DNA of 64,000 nucleotides from Patescibacteria group bacterium (GTDB lineage: Bacteria > Patescibacteriota > Patescibacteriia > UBA10025 > JAHIVO01): assembly GCA_049325535.1 (NCBI GenBank), contig JBMOKY010000001.1, positions 557,942 to 621,941 on the forward strand, given 5' to 3'. Of the stretch, positions 46,566 through 55,561 are shown in pieces (positions within the stretch are counted from its first letter, which is position 1; every line of letters begins with the position of its first letter). The notes below the pieces were generated by a model. The model saw only the letters and a list, made by a program, of their open reading frames with translations. It searched no databases and was not told where the DNA came from. A program made the translations under genes and the position numbers.

Positions 46566-47957
46566 ATGTTTCATCGTATCATATTCAGTCTGACATTTGC
46601 GCTGACCCTGGCGGTTATCCTGCCATCGGTAGCTTCGGCTGCTACATTTAATTATAACATGATTCTAACTGATAATGAGCTGGAAAACAGTAATACCATG
46701 ACGGTCAGCCAAATCCAGCGTTTTCTGGAAAATAAAGGATCCGGTCTTGCCAGCTACAGCGCAACTGACGTCGGTGGCAGCCGAAAAAGCGCGGCACAAA
46801 TAATATACGACGCGGGAAAATACTGGCATATCAACCCTCAATATTTACTTGTCCGCTTACAGGTGGAACAAAGCCTCGTTTCCGCAAAAACCCCGACGCA
46901 GCGACAGCTGGATTGGGCGACGGGTTTTGGTGTATGTGATAGTTGTTCTACGAGCGATCCGGCAATTCAGGCGTACAAGGGTTTTTTCAATCAGGTTAAT
47001 TGGGCAGCCCGTCGCTTCCGGGAAAGCTATCTCCCGGACATTGATCGACAAGGCTACACCTTCACCGGGTGGGGCCCGGGAATTACCAAAACGACTGGCG
47101 ACGGATATGCGGTCACCCCGCAGAACCGCGCTACTGCGGGACTCTATACGTACACTCCCCATGTGTATAATGGCAACTACAATGTGTGGCGTTTTTTTAA
47201 CCAATGGTTTACGCGCATTTATCCCGACGGTTCCCTGCTTCAGGTAGTCGGCGAACACGGAGTCTACTTGATAGAAAACGGGAAACGACGCCCATTTCTC
47301 AGCCGGTCTGCATTTTTCTCGCGATACGACAGCTCACGTATCATTCCCGTCAGCCTGACCACGATAGAATTGTACCCGCTTGGTGATCCGATTAAATTTG
47401 GGAACTACTCGGTGGTACGTTCTGAGAAAACAAATCGAGTCTGGCTGATTGACGGTGATACGAAACGCTATATTGAATCCCCGGAAATATTTCGCCGAAT
47501 CGGATTCAATCCCGACGAAGTAATCAATGCGCCGGAATCGGACCTGAACCCCTACCGCATCGGACCAAACATCAACCAAGCCAGCATATATCCGACTGGG
47601 GCTCTGCTGCAATCAAAGGAGACCGGGGGGATCAGTTATGTGGAGAATGGCATACGCCATTCTATCTGGTCACGAGAAATACTCAATAACCGCTTCCCAA
47701 ACCGCAAACCAATCGTGGTGGAGCAAAAGGATATCGATATCTATTCCAAGGGTGATCCGATTCTGTTCAAAAATGGTGAGTTGATTACTTCTCCTGGATC
47801 ACGGGGTGTCTACTTCATTTCAAATGGGATGAGGCGAGGTATTGCGTCAAAGGAAGTTTTCGAAACACTGGGATTTCGCTGGTCAAATATCATTTGGACA
47901 ACCGATGACGCACTTCGTATGCATCCGGAGGGGGCGCCACTAACTCTTGATTCATAA
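46566..47957 (+). CDS. Secreted hypothetical protein
   Basis: 463 aa. Clear signal peptide (LAVILPSVASAATF). No confident domain assignment. Confidence 0.45.
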   Translation: MFHRIIFSLTFALTLAVILPSVASAATFNYNMILTDNELENSNTMTVSQIQRFLENKGSGLASYSATDVGGSRKSAAQIIYDAGKYWHINPQYLLVRLQVEQSLVSAKTPTQRQLDWATGFGVCDSCSTSDPAIQAYKGFFNQVNWAARRFRESYLPDIDRQGYTFTGWGPGITKTTGDGYAVTPQNRATAGLYTYTPHVYNGNYNVWRFFNQWFTRIYPDGSLLQVVGEHGVYLIENGKRRPFLSRSAFFSRYDSSRIIPVSLTTIELYPLGDPIKFGNYSVVRSEKTNRVWLIDGDTKRYIESPEIFRRIGFNPDEVINAPESDLNPYRIGPNINQASIYPTGALLQSKETGGISYVENGIRHSIWSREILNNRFPNRKPIVVEQKDIDIYSKGDPILFKNGELITSPGSRGVYFISNGMRRGIASKEVFETLGFRWSNIIWTTDDALRMHPEGAPLTLDS

Positions 47958-47975
47958 CATAGTCCACCACCCTCC

Positions 47976-48776
47976 ATGATTGTATACGCTGCTATTACCC
48001 CGCATCCGCCCCTTTCTATACCTGCTATTGGCGGTGATAATCTCCGGTTCATTGATACTACCGTTACCAGCATCAAAAAGATAATCGAAGACTTGATCGA
48101 AGCGCACCCCCAAGTCATCCTACTCCTTTCACCGCATGGCCCATTGCTCGAGGAAAGATTTACCCTCAACCAAGCGGAACAATTTTCAGTACAGTTCAAG
48201 GAATTTGGCGATTTGGAAACATCCCTGACCGTTCGGCCAGACACATCGCACATCCACCACTACAAAGAATTACTTGAGGCGACACATCCGATCTCCTTGC
48301 AGACTGCCCCGGAACTCGATCATGGTTGTGGCGTCCCGCTATATTATCTCCGCCAGGCGCTGGGGAAAAAAACCATGCTCCCAATAGTCCCGGTATATCC
48401 AGCGGCGCGTTTGGACGCACATAAGCATTTTCTACTTGGCAAATCCCTTCAAGACGACATTATCAATGATACGAAGCGAATAGCCATCATCGCCTCCGGG
48501 GATTTATCCCACCGACTTTCAGAAGATGCCCCGGCCGGATATTCGCACTGGGCGACAAAATTTGACGAAACAGTAAAAGGGCACCTCCTCTCGGGAAATG
48601 CAAAAGGATTATATGAACTCGACCAGGACTTCATCGATGAAGCGGGCGAATGCGGGCTTAAACCAATGTTGATGCTCCTCGGCATCATTGATAATCTTTC
48701 AGCACCACCCCAGTTCATTTCTTATGAAGCGCCATTTGGCGTCGGCTACCTCGCAATAAATTATAAGCTCATCTAA
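47976..48776 (+). CDS. Memo-like / class III extradiol dioxygenase-family protein (AmmeMemoRadiSam protein B-like)
   Basis: LLSPHGPL, IASGDLSHRLSED metal-binding-like motifs, and a GVGYLAINY C-terminus. Confidence 0.55.
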   Translation: MIVYAAITPHPPLSIPAIGGDNLRFIDTTVTSIKKIIEDLIEAHPQVILLLSPHGPLLEERFTLNQAEQFSVQFKEFGDLETSLTVRPDTSHIHHYKELLEATHPISLQTAPELDHGCGVPLYYLRQALGKKTMLPIVPVYPAARLDAHKHFLLGKSLQDDIINDTKRIAIIASGDLSHRLSEDAPAGYSHWATKFDETVKGHLLSGNAKGLYELDQDFIDEAGECGLKPMLMLLGIIDNLSAPPQFISYEAPFGVGYLAINYKLI

Positions 48777-48779
48777 CGT

Positions 48780-49469
48780 ATGTCAATTACAAAAAAAATA
48801 TTATTTCTGGGAGTTTTTTCTCTCATTGGTCTAGTGGCCCTGAGTGTCCCATTTTCTCAACTCATTGGCGCGCAGCAGACATTCAGCCTTTTCGACTTTA
48901 TCGCCCCAACGATTGGAGCCTTTTTAACTTCAGTCTGGGGAGCCGGAGTCGTTATCATCGTCAAACTGAGCCATGCACTGATAACCCATCAAAACCTTGA
49001 TACCATTACCATTATTCGGCTATTTCCCCTGGCACTGGGCGCGCTGTACTTCGGACTGAAGAAATACAAATTGATTATGGCAATTATTCCTTTGGTCTGC
49101 ATGGGACTATTTATGATCCACCCCGAAGGTCGCCAAGCCTGGTACTATGCACTATACTGGTTGATACCAGTCGCGGCGTTGGCTGCCAAACGCAGTTTGA
49201 TGCTGAATAGCCTCGGAGCAACCTTTACCGCACATGCGGTGGGGGGTGTTACATTTCTCTATGCATTTAATCTTCCTGGCGAAGTCTGGATTGCGCTCAT
49301 CCCAATTGTTTTCATCGAGCGAGTGCTGTTTGCCGGTGGAATCGCGCTGAGCTACGTATCGTTGAATACCCTCGTGGGATGGCTGGAACGGCGACTACAT
49401 ATGCCCATCCTTGGCCGACTCACCAATCCCACATATACATTTTCACGCGCTATCCTGAAAAACCTGTAA
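48780..49469 (+). CDS. Hypothetical polytopic membrane protein
   Basis: 229 aa, 6 TM helices. Confidence 0.45.
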   Translation: MSITKKILFLGVFSLIGLVALSVPFSQLIGAQQTFSLFDFIAPTIGAFLTSVWGAGVVIIVKLSHALITHQNLDTITIIRLFPLALGALYFGLKKYKLIMAIIPLVCMGLFMIHPEGRQAWYYALYWLIPVAALAAKRSLMLNSLGATFTAHAVGGVTFLYAFNLPGEVWIALIPIVFIERVLFAGGIALSYVSLNTLVGWLERRLHMPILGRLTNPTYTFSRAILKNL

Positions 49470-49547
49470 ATCCCTCATCACCTGAACGGCGGGCACCAAT
49501 GCGAGCTGCTTTTGGTATGATACAGAACATGCTACAATGCACGTATT

Positions 49548-51413
49548 ATGTTCGCTGAAGTCATACTTTCACAACGATTTCCCAAACATCTGGGAATTTT
49601 TGACTACGCCATACCTGACGATTTGACACCGTCAATCAGTCTTGGGATGGCAGTGCGCATTCCGTTTAGAAGCAGTATTCGCGAAGGGGTTGTCATCCGG
49701 ATAAAAAAACGGTCCGCAATCTCAAAAAAAATAAAAAATATTCTCGGCGTCATTGGCGACATCCCTTTGCTCAGCGCCGAGCAGATTCTGCTGGCCGAAT
49801 GGGTAGCGCAGTACTATGCCGTCTCAATCGGTACGGTCATCAAGACTATGCTGCCCCCAATACCCAAGCAGAAAAGGGCAGTTGTGGAGCCTTCGTTGAC
49901 GTCGACGACGATACTGCCTGACTCACGCATGGCAACCGCGGTACGCGGCATAAAACGATCGACGAGGCACATCCTCTTCGTTCCTTCAGCGGCGGAACAG
50001 TCGGGAGCATTTTATCGAGCGTTTTTATCGCAGTCAACCACTCAAACATTGATTATCGTTCCAGAAACTGATTGCATCCATCGCATCGCCAGTTACGTGC
50101 CAGTGGGTCGCCACAAACACGTAATTCCATTTCACGGCGGACTAAACACAACGCAAGCCTACCATCACTGGCGGCGGATCCAGTCCGATTCGCAGGCAAT
50201 CATCATTGGAACGAAACAAGCACTATTTGCGCCGATACATAATCTCTCAGCAGTCATCATCGACCGCGAAGAAAACCAAAATCACCACCAATCAGACCAA
50301 AATCCCCGCTTTGATGCCCGCATCGTTGCCCGACAGTTAGTGGCTATTCATCAGTCTCAGCTTATCAGCCTATCGCCCGCCCCATCCGTCACCACCTATG
50401 CGCAAGTCGAACGACAACACGCACAACTTGTGCAACCGTACTCTGTATCGACGCGCCAATCACATGTCATTGACATGCGCACTGAACGAAAAAATAAAAA
50501 TTTTTCAGTTCTTTCTGAAGCGGTTACGGATGCCATGCGCGAAACTCTATCCAAGCAGAAAAAAGTCGTATTGATTATCAACAAACGAGGTGCGGCAGCA
50601 GCCATGATGTGCCGGGATTGCGGTTTAGTTGTTCCCTGCCCATCCTGCGGCCAACCACTCGCCTACCATCATCAGCCTGAGCAGTTATTTTGCCACCGAT
50701 GCAATACTAAGGCTGAGGTACCGCTCTTTTGTTCGAATTGCGGCGGCACCACGCTGATTGCAAGTGGTATCGGCACTCAATCAGTGGAATCATACGTTCG
50801 TTCGCAGTTTCCATCTGCGCATTGCGAACGCATCGACGGTGACACGCCGGATATCGACCATATTTCCGGTGAAGTAATTATCGGCACGACACGCGTGTTG
50901 CCGATGATCCAATGGCAATCGATCGGAACCGCCTGCGTTATTTCAGCAGACACGTTTTTACACCTTGCGGATTACCGAGCTGCTGAACGTACCTGGCAGC
51001 TCCTTTCCTATCTGAATTTTCACACACTCTGTCCTTTATTTATTCAAACGTTTACCCCTGACATGCCGATCTTCCAATTTTTTCCGGGTAACATGAAGCA
51101 GTTCTACAGCCTCGAATTAGCACAGCGAAAGAAACTGGGGTATCCGCCGTTCGGCTCATTGATTAAACTCATGTACCAGCACACTGATAAGACTTCGGCG
51201 GTCCGCGAGGCTACCCGTCTGTATTCCAGACTCAATGCCACACCTCTCGACACACACGTCATAACACCGCTGCGGCCCTTTCAGCACAAAAAATGGACGA
51301 TGTACATCTTACTGAGGTATAGTCCTCAGACACCCAAATCGATCATCAGCCGAGTGCTCCAGCAGTTGCCTGACGGCTGGCAGATCGACCGCGATCCAGA
51401 AACAATATTATAA
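49548..51413 (+). CDS. priA: Primosomal protein N' (PriA)-like with a degenerate, predicted ATPase-dead, helicase core
   Basis: A PriA-like N-terminal 3'-end-binding domain. A helicase-region alignment (HVIPFHGGLNTTQAYHHWRRIQSDSQAIIIGTKQALFAP). Zinc-finger CPSCGQPL...CHRCN...CSNCGG. However Walker A reads AAEQSGAF, not G-GKT, and DEEHD reads DREEN. Confidence 0.6.
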   Translation: MFAEVILSQRFPKHLGIFDYAIPDDLTPSISLGMAVRIPFRSSIREGVVIRIKKRSAISKKIKNILGVIGDIPLLSAEQILLAEWVAQYYAVSIGTVIKTMLPPIPKQKRAVVEPSLTSTTILPDSRMATAVRGIKRSTRHILFVPSAAEQSGAFYRAFLSQSTTQTLIIVPETDCIHRIASYVPVGRHKHVIPFHGGLNTTQAYHHWRRIQSDSQAIIIGTKQALFAPIHNLSAVIIDREENQNHHQSDQNPRFDARIVARQLVAIHQSQLISLSPAPSVTTYAQVERQHAQLVQPYSVSTRQSHVIDMRTERKNKNFSVLSEAVTDAMRETLSKQKKVVLIINKRGAAAAMMCRDCGLVVPCPSCGQPLAYHHQPEQLFCHRCNTKAEVPLFCSNCGGTTLIASGIGTQSVESYVRSQFPSAHCERIDGDTPDIDHISGEVIIGTTRVLPMIQWQSIGTACVISADTFLHLADYRAAERTWQLLSYLNFHTLCPLFIQTFTPDMPIFQFFPGNMKQFYSLELAQRKKLGYPPFGSLIKLMYQHTDKTSAVREATRLYSRLNATPLDTHVITPLRPFQHKKWTMYILLRYSPQTPKSIISRVLQQLPDGWQIDRDPETIL

Positions 51414-51447
51414 AAAACGGGGACCACGTGGTCCCCGTTTAATTTTG
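51411..51447. terminator. Bidirectional rho-independent terminator
   Basis: An A-run, a perfect 10-bp stem (CGGGGACCAC/GTGGTCCCCG) and TTTAATTTT. Confidence 0.7.
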
Positions 51448-51460
51448 GATCATGCATACG

Positions 51461-51709
51461 TCAGACGCACACATCCGTCGCAAAAAGGAAGCATACGGGC
51501 GGCGTCCAAGGAATGACATAGATCGGCTGATCGCCATTGATCCGAGTAAAAACGGAATCGATTGATACGCAATCAGCAAAGGAGACATATGCGCCGCAAG
51601 AGCAACGGGCGAAAAACCCCGCATGGTTGGAACCTTCACTGATGGTGACTGTTCCGGCACAGTGTGGGTTCAGGCAATGTGCATTACTCTGCCGAGTGCT
51701 TGTCTTCAT
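51461..51709 (-). CDS. Small Cys-rich (CxxxxC...CxC) hypothetical protein
   Basis: 82 aa from ATG 51709. AGGAGG SD 6 nt upstream (cctcct at 51716-51721 on the plus strand). Cys pattern CLNPHC...CSC. Confidence 0.35.
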   Translation of the reverse strand: MKTSTRQSNAHCLNPHCAGTVTISEGSNHAGFFARCSCGAYVSFADCVSIDSVFTRINGDQPIYVIPWTPPVCFLFATDVCV

Positions 51710-51857
51710 GACCAACCTCCTTTCTTGGGCTATCAGTACGGTCGTCGATATGTTGCTGATGCTCTACGCAGACGCACGTAACCGAACGGGCATACATCCC
51801 AAATGCATGCGCAGCGGCACGGACAAGACAGTCAGGACATGACGAAAAAGCGTTCAT
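51684..51857 (-). CDS. Small Cys-rich (CxxC...CxC) hypothetical protein
   Basis: 57 aa from ATG 51857. AGGAGG SD at 51863-51868. CPDC...CVC. 26 nt of its 3' end carry the SD and start of the downstream gene. Confidence 0.3.
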   Translation of the reverse strand: MNAFSSCPDCLVRAAAHAFGMYARSVTCVCVEHQQHIDDRTDSPRKEVGHEDKHSAE

Positions 51858-52091
51858 ACTATCCTCCTGGCAGCAATGTGAAAGAGCGTTGTGATACAAA
51901 AAATGACCGCTCGGTGCGGTCAGTGTTTGTTCTCGTAAAACGATTTAGCGTCTATTGTGCATACGTCAAACGTCTGACCGCGGCAGGTCAATAAAGAGTG
52001 AGAGATTAAACAAAACGTTTGAACTGTATGGCATATTCATAGATTCCCAAACAGTCTAGCATATCATGCAAACCTGTCAATCGAATAAGTC

Positions 52092-52120
52092 TTTACAAAA
52101 AACTATAAAGCAAGTATAAT
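52092..52120 (+). promoter_or_regulatory. Sigma70-like promoter for def-fmt: TTTACA, 17-nt spacer, TATAAT
   Basis: Consensus-like hexamers about 30 nt upstream of the def ATG. Confidence 0.5.
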
Positions 52121-52151
52121 ACCTTTACTTAGCCAAAATTTGGTCGAACAT

Positions 52152-52640
52152 ATGGCAAAAAAACTTACCATCATAACCCATCCACACCCGACATTACGGA
52201 AAAAAGCGGAAACTCTTGACTTACATGACATACCGAAACTGAAAGGTTTTATTGACGATATGAAAAAAACCATGCATGAAGCCAATGGCATCGGGCTTGC
52301 TGCGCCCCAAGTCGACGTATCCCGCCGAATAGTAGTGATCAGCACCAAAGACGGTGATATTGCCCTCATCAATCCGGAAATCTCAAAAAAATCATTCAAA
52401 AAAGAGGAGGGTGAAGAAGGATGTTTATCTATTCCTGGTGTTTTTGGTCTCGTCAAGAGACACTATAGTATAACGGTACAAGCCTATACGGAACAAGCCA
52501 AAAAAATTAAATTTACCGCCTCGGGCCTCTTTGCGCGGGTGATTCAGCACGAAGTAGACCATATCAACGGTATTTTGTTCATCGATCGGACAAAAAAAAT
52601 AATGACCGGCGATAACACGGATGTCACGCAAAATATTTAA
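52152..52640 (+). CDS. def: Peptide deformylase
   Basis: GIGLAAPQV, EGCLSIPG and HEVDHINGILF are the three PDF motifs. Confidence 0.9.
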   Translation: MAKKLTIITHPHPTLRKKAETLDLHDIPKLKGFIDDMKKTMHEANGIGLAAPQVDVSRRIVVISTKDGDIALINPEISKKSFKKEEGEEGCLSIPGVFGLVKRHYSITVQAYTEQAKKIKFTASGLFARVIQHEVDHINGILFIDRTKKIMTGDNTDVTQNI

Positions 52641-53565
52641 TATCGTTTTTGCCGGAACTCCCGATTTTGCGGTACCCACCCTCACCGCGCTCGCCAACCA
52701 TTCAGCCATCAATGTCATAGCTGTCCTGACACAGCCGGATCGCCCGCTCGGTCGACGGCAAATCATCACCCCGCCACCGGTCAAACGGGCAGCGATCGAT
52801 CTGGGCATACCAATACTACAACCACGAAGCATCAAAAATCCATCTTTTATGCGCACCCTGGCTTCGTACGCTCCAGATGCGGTAGTACTGGTCGCATACG
52901 GTAAAATTATTACTCCTGCCCTCCTGGCCATCCCGCATTTTGGCTGGGTAAATATTCACGCGTCGCTACTCCCCAAATACCGGGGGGCCTCGCCAATTCA
53001 GGCTGCTCTGCTCCATGGGGATGTCCAAACCGGCGTAACTCTGATACGGCTTGACGAAGGTCTCGACACGGGTCCGCTTATCGCCCAACGCACCATACCG
53101 ATTCGCCCCACTGACACAGCCGGCTCCCTACACGATTCACTCGCATCCCTGGGTGCGACCATAGCGGCTGAAGCATTACCAGAATACCTATCGGGGACGC
53201 TCACTCCCCATCCTCAGGCGACAACCAGCCAAGCGCCGACCACAACCATAAAAACGGAACAGGCGCGTATCGACTGGCGCCAATCAGATGTGCAAATTCT
53301 CCGTCATATCCGCGCGTATACACCCTGGCCAGGCGCGTATACCGTCTGGTCAGGAAAACGATTCATCATCATCGAGGCAACTACGACCGCACATACTGTC
53401 CTCGCTCCGGGGCACGCCGCTGTATATAAAAAATCCCTGTTGGTGGGAACCGGAACTCGTCCAATTTCAGTATTGACCGCCCAACTTGCAGGAAAAAAGC
53501 CTCAGTCATCCACGATAATTCTCAATGGATACCCGAAATTGGGCGAAGCAGTATTTTCTGATTAG
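52621..53565 (+). CDS. fmt: Methionyl-tRNA formyltransferase
   Basis: IVFAGTPDFAVPTL N-terminus, the formyltransferase core, and the def-fmt operon arrangement. Confidence 0.9.
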   Translation: MSRKIFNIVFAGTPDFAVPTLTALANHSAINVIAVLTQPDRPLGRRQIITPPPVKRAAIDLGIPILQPRSIKNPSFMRTLASYAPDAVVLVAYGKIITPALLAIPHFGWVNIHASLLPKYRGASPIQAALLHGDVQTGVTLIRLDEGLDTGPLIAQRTIPIRPTDTAGSLHDSLASLGATIAAEALPEYLSGTLTPHPQATTSQAPTTTIKTEQARIDWRQSDVQILRHIRAYTPWPGAYTVWSGKRFIIIEATTTAHTVLAPGHAAVYKKSLLVGTGTRPISVLTAQLAGKKPQSSTIILNGYPKLGEAVFSD

Positions 53566-55067
53566 CCAGTCTTTCTAAATTTCTGGGTCACGTCAAAACC
53601 AAGGTATTTACCCAGCATCAATCGCGTTTGGGCATCGAGTGCCGGTATAGCACCCCACCCAATCAGTGTCACCGGAATGAATACCCACTGAACTATCATA
53701 AAAATGTATTTCCATCGATTGTGCCGACTTGGCCGCTTCGGTAATAATGTCGCGCCCAAAACAGCTTGAGTCAGTAATCCGAGCATAGCGGCTGACATAA
53801 GCAACTGGAGCAAATGTGGAGCGCTTTGCGACAGCAAATCCGGATATTGCCGGTGATTCGCCAGCCATATCGGCAGTTGGCCCATGATAAATATGAGAAT
53901 GGGAGCAGTCGCCCATGAGTACACTCCTTCCAGCTGATTAAACATATAGCGGAATTTTTGAATAAAAGGCATGCGGGAATTCCGTCCGAAATTCCAAATC
54001 ATATAGGGGAAATTTTCTACCCCATACGCCCACCGGCGCTGTTGGATATACTGATTTTTCAGAGACTGCCAAAAACTGCGTCCGAGGACCACGTCCATCG
54101 ATACAGGTATATGCAGCGGTATCACCTGATAGTGCCCGTCGTACTCCATGTAACACTGCAGGCAGATGCGGGAATCCTCAGTGACGATATCCGCTTGCCA
54201 AAAACCGACATCAACCAACGCCTGCAGACTCATGCTATGTGATGAAAAAGTAAACATGCGTTCTGGCCTGCTCTGCTCGCCCATCAGCCAGAAGGTCGTG
54301 CTGTAGGCTATGATCCGTGTCAGTGCCGGTGAATCCCATATATTATTGTTAAATAATGCCAGGGGTTGGTAACTTGCTCGCGTCGGCTCCGGCTGAGTGA
54401 TGTATGTCTCGGTCAGATGCGTAAAGTAGTCAGGATGAACGACGGTATCGCTGTCAAATGACGAAACTATAACGTGGTCGTACGGAAGTTGCAGACTGTC
54501 TATCAATTCTTGTGCCCGTCGGCCAGCCCATGCCATGTTTGATCCTTTGCCGGCGACTTCACCGGATATCCCCGCCGGATGCACAGTTACTAAAAACCTA
54601 AAGAATTTTCCGGCGTACTCATGGCGAATCTGTTGTGCCACATCGTGAAAGTGTTTTTCATCACGTTGTTCGCCAGCCAATACCACAATCATTTTTTCGA
54701 GTGGATATCGATTTGCCACCAATGCGTCGAACGTGGACTTGAGCACGACAAAATCTTCTTGGTACGTTGGGATGAACACTAAATGATAGTAGGTGTCCCA
54801 GTGAGCATGGCGCTGTACTCGCGAAAGCCAGTCAACTCGCAGTGCCCGGCGATACCTGATATACGAAATGACCACAAAAACAATCATGTACAAAATCCTG
54901 ACTAACCAGTACAGATCAAAAATAATGATAAAGTAAATTGCCCAGATCGGCTGGATAAAAGAAATAACCAGCGCACCACCGATGGTGGTCCATGACAGCA
55001 AACCTGGTATGATTTCCAGAATTCGGTATTTACGATACGATGATAATCGAGAAAACGGCCAGAGCAT
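53562..55067 (-). CDS. Processive family-2 glycosyltransferase (cellulose/chitin/PNAG-synthase-like) with flanking TM helices
   Basis: DSDTVVHPDYF (D-x-D region) and the QQRRW (QxxRW) motif. N- and C-terminal TM bundles. Confidence 0.7.
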   Translation of the reverse strand: MLWPFSRLSSYRKYRILEIIPGLLSWTTIGGALVISFIQPIWAIYFIIIFDLYWLVRILYMIVFVVISYIRYRRALRVDWLSRVQRHAHWDTYYHLVFIPTYQEDFVVLKSTFDALVANRYPLEKMIVVLAGEQRDEKHFHDVAQQIRHEYAGKFFRFLVTVHPAGISGEVAGKGSNMAWAGRRAQELIDSLQLPYDHVIVSSFDSDTVVHPDYFTHLTETYITQPEPTRASYQPLALFNNNIWDSPALTRIIAYSTTFWLMGEQSRPERMFTFSSHSMSLQALVDVGFWQADIVTEDSRICLQCYMEYDGHYQVIPLHIPVSMDVVLGRSFWQSLKNQYIQQRRWAYGVENFPYMIWNFGRNSRMPFIQKFRYMFNQLEGVYSWATAPILIFIMGQLPIWLANHRQYPDLLSQSAPHLLQLLMSAAMLGLLTQAVLGATLLPKRPSRHNRWKYIFMIVQWVFIPVTLIGWGAIPALDAQTRLMLGKYLGFDVTQKFRKTG

Positions 55068-55120
55068 AGATACGAAAACTCGCTATCACCGAGGCAATAG
55101 CGAGTTGTGTAGACAATATG

Positions 55121-55546
55121 TTATTCGACTATTACTTTCCCCTTTTTTATCGGGTTCAAGTCATCGTGGTACCCAAATTCACCGGCAGTCGTGAATGTAA
55201 AGGTATAACTATCGTCCTGTTGCAGTTCGTCTGATAGAAGCTCGGGTAGATCACTATTGCCCGGATACGGATCGGAAGCAACTTTCCGAGCGATCATATC
55301 TTTATTTACCCAGGTGACGGTCTCCCCGGCTGATACGGTGACTACTGACGGGTTAAAGCTCCCATTTTCAATCCAGACGGTGTTTGCTGGTGGTTGTTCT
55401 CGCACCACCTGAGGGGCAGTATTGGTAGTGGTGTTTGTATTGGTGTTCGTGGTCGAACTCTCATCCTGCATAAAGTACCACACCAATGCACCGCCAACCA
55501 CGATAACTAATATGATGAGGACGGTGGCAATCGTTTTATTATTCAT
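55121..55546 (-). CDS. Membrane-anchored cupredoxin-like domain protein, copper ligands apparently not conserved
   Basis: TM, a Thr/Asn-rich linker (TTNTNTNTTTNT), then VTVSAGETVTWVNKD...YTFTFTTAGEFGYHDDLNPIKKGKVIV resembling plastocyanin-like strands but without the Cys ligand. Confidence 0.35.
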   Translation of the reverse strand: MNNKTIATVLIILVIVVGGALVWYFMQDESSTTNTNTNTTTNTAPQVVREQPPANTVWIENGSFNPSVVTVSAGETVTWVNKDMIARKVASDPYPGNSDLPELLSDELQQDDSYTFTFTTAGEFGYHDDLNPIKKGKVIVE

Positions 55547-55561
55547 AGTACGGTATAGGAA

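Noticed and set aside
51537-51994. Plus-strand ORFs of 63-101 aa in the priA-def gap
   Set aside because: They have no SD and odd composition. The minus-strand mini-genes in the same interval have perfect SDs and a paralogous Cys pattern, so the minus strand was preferred.
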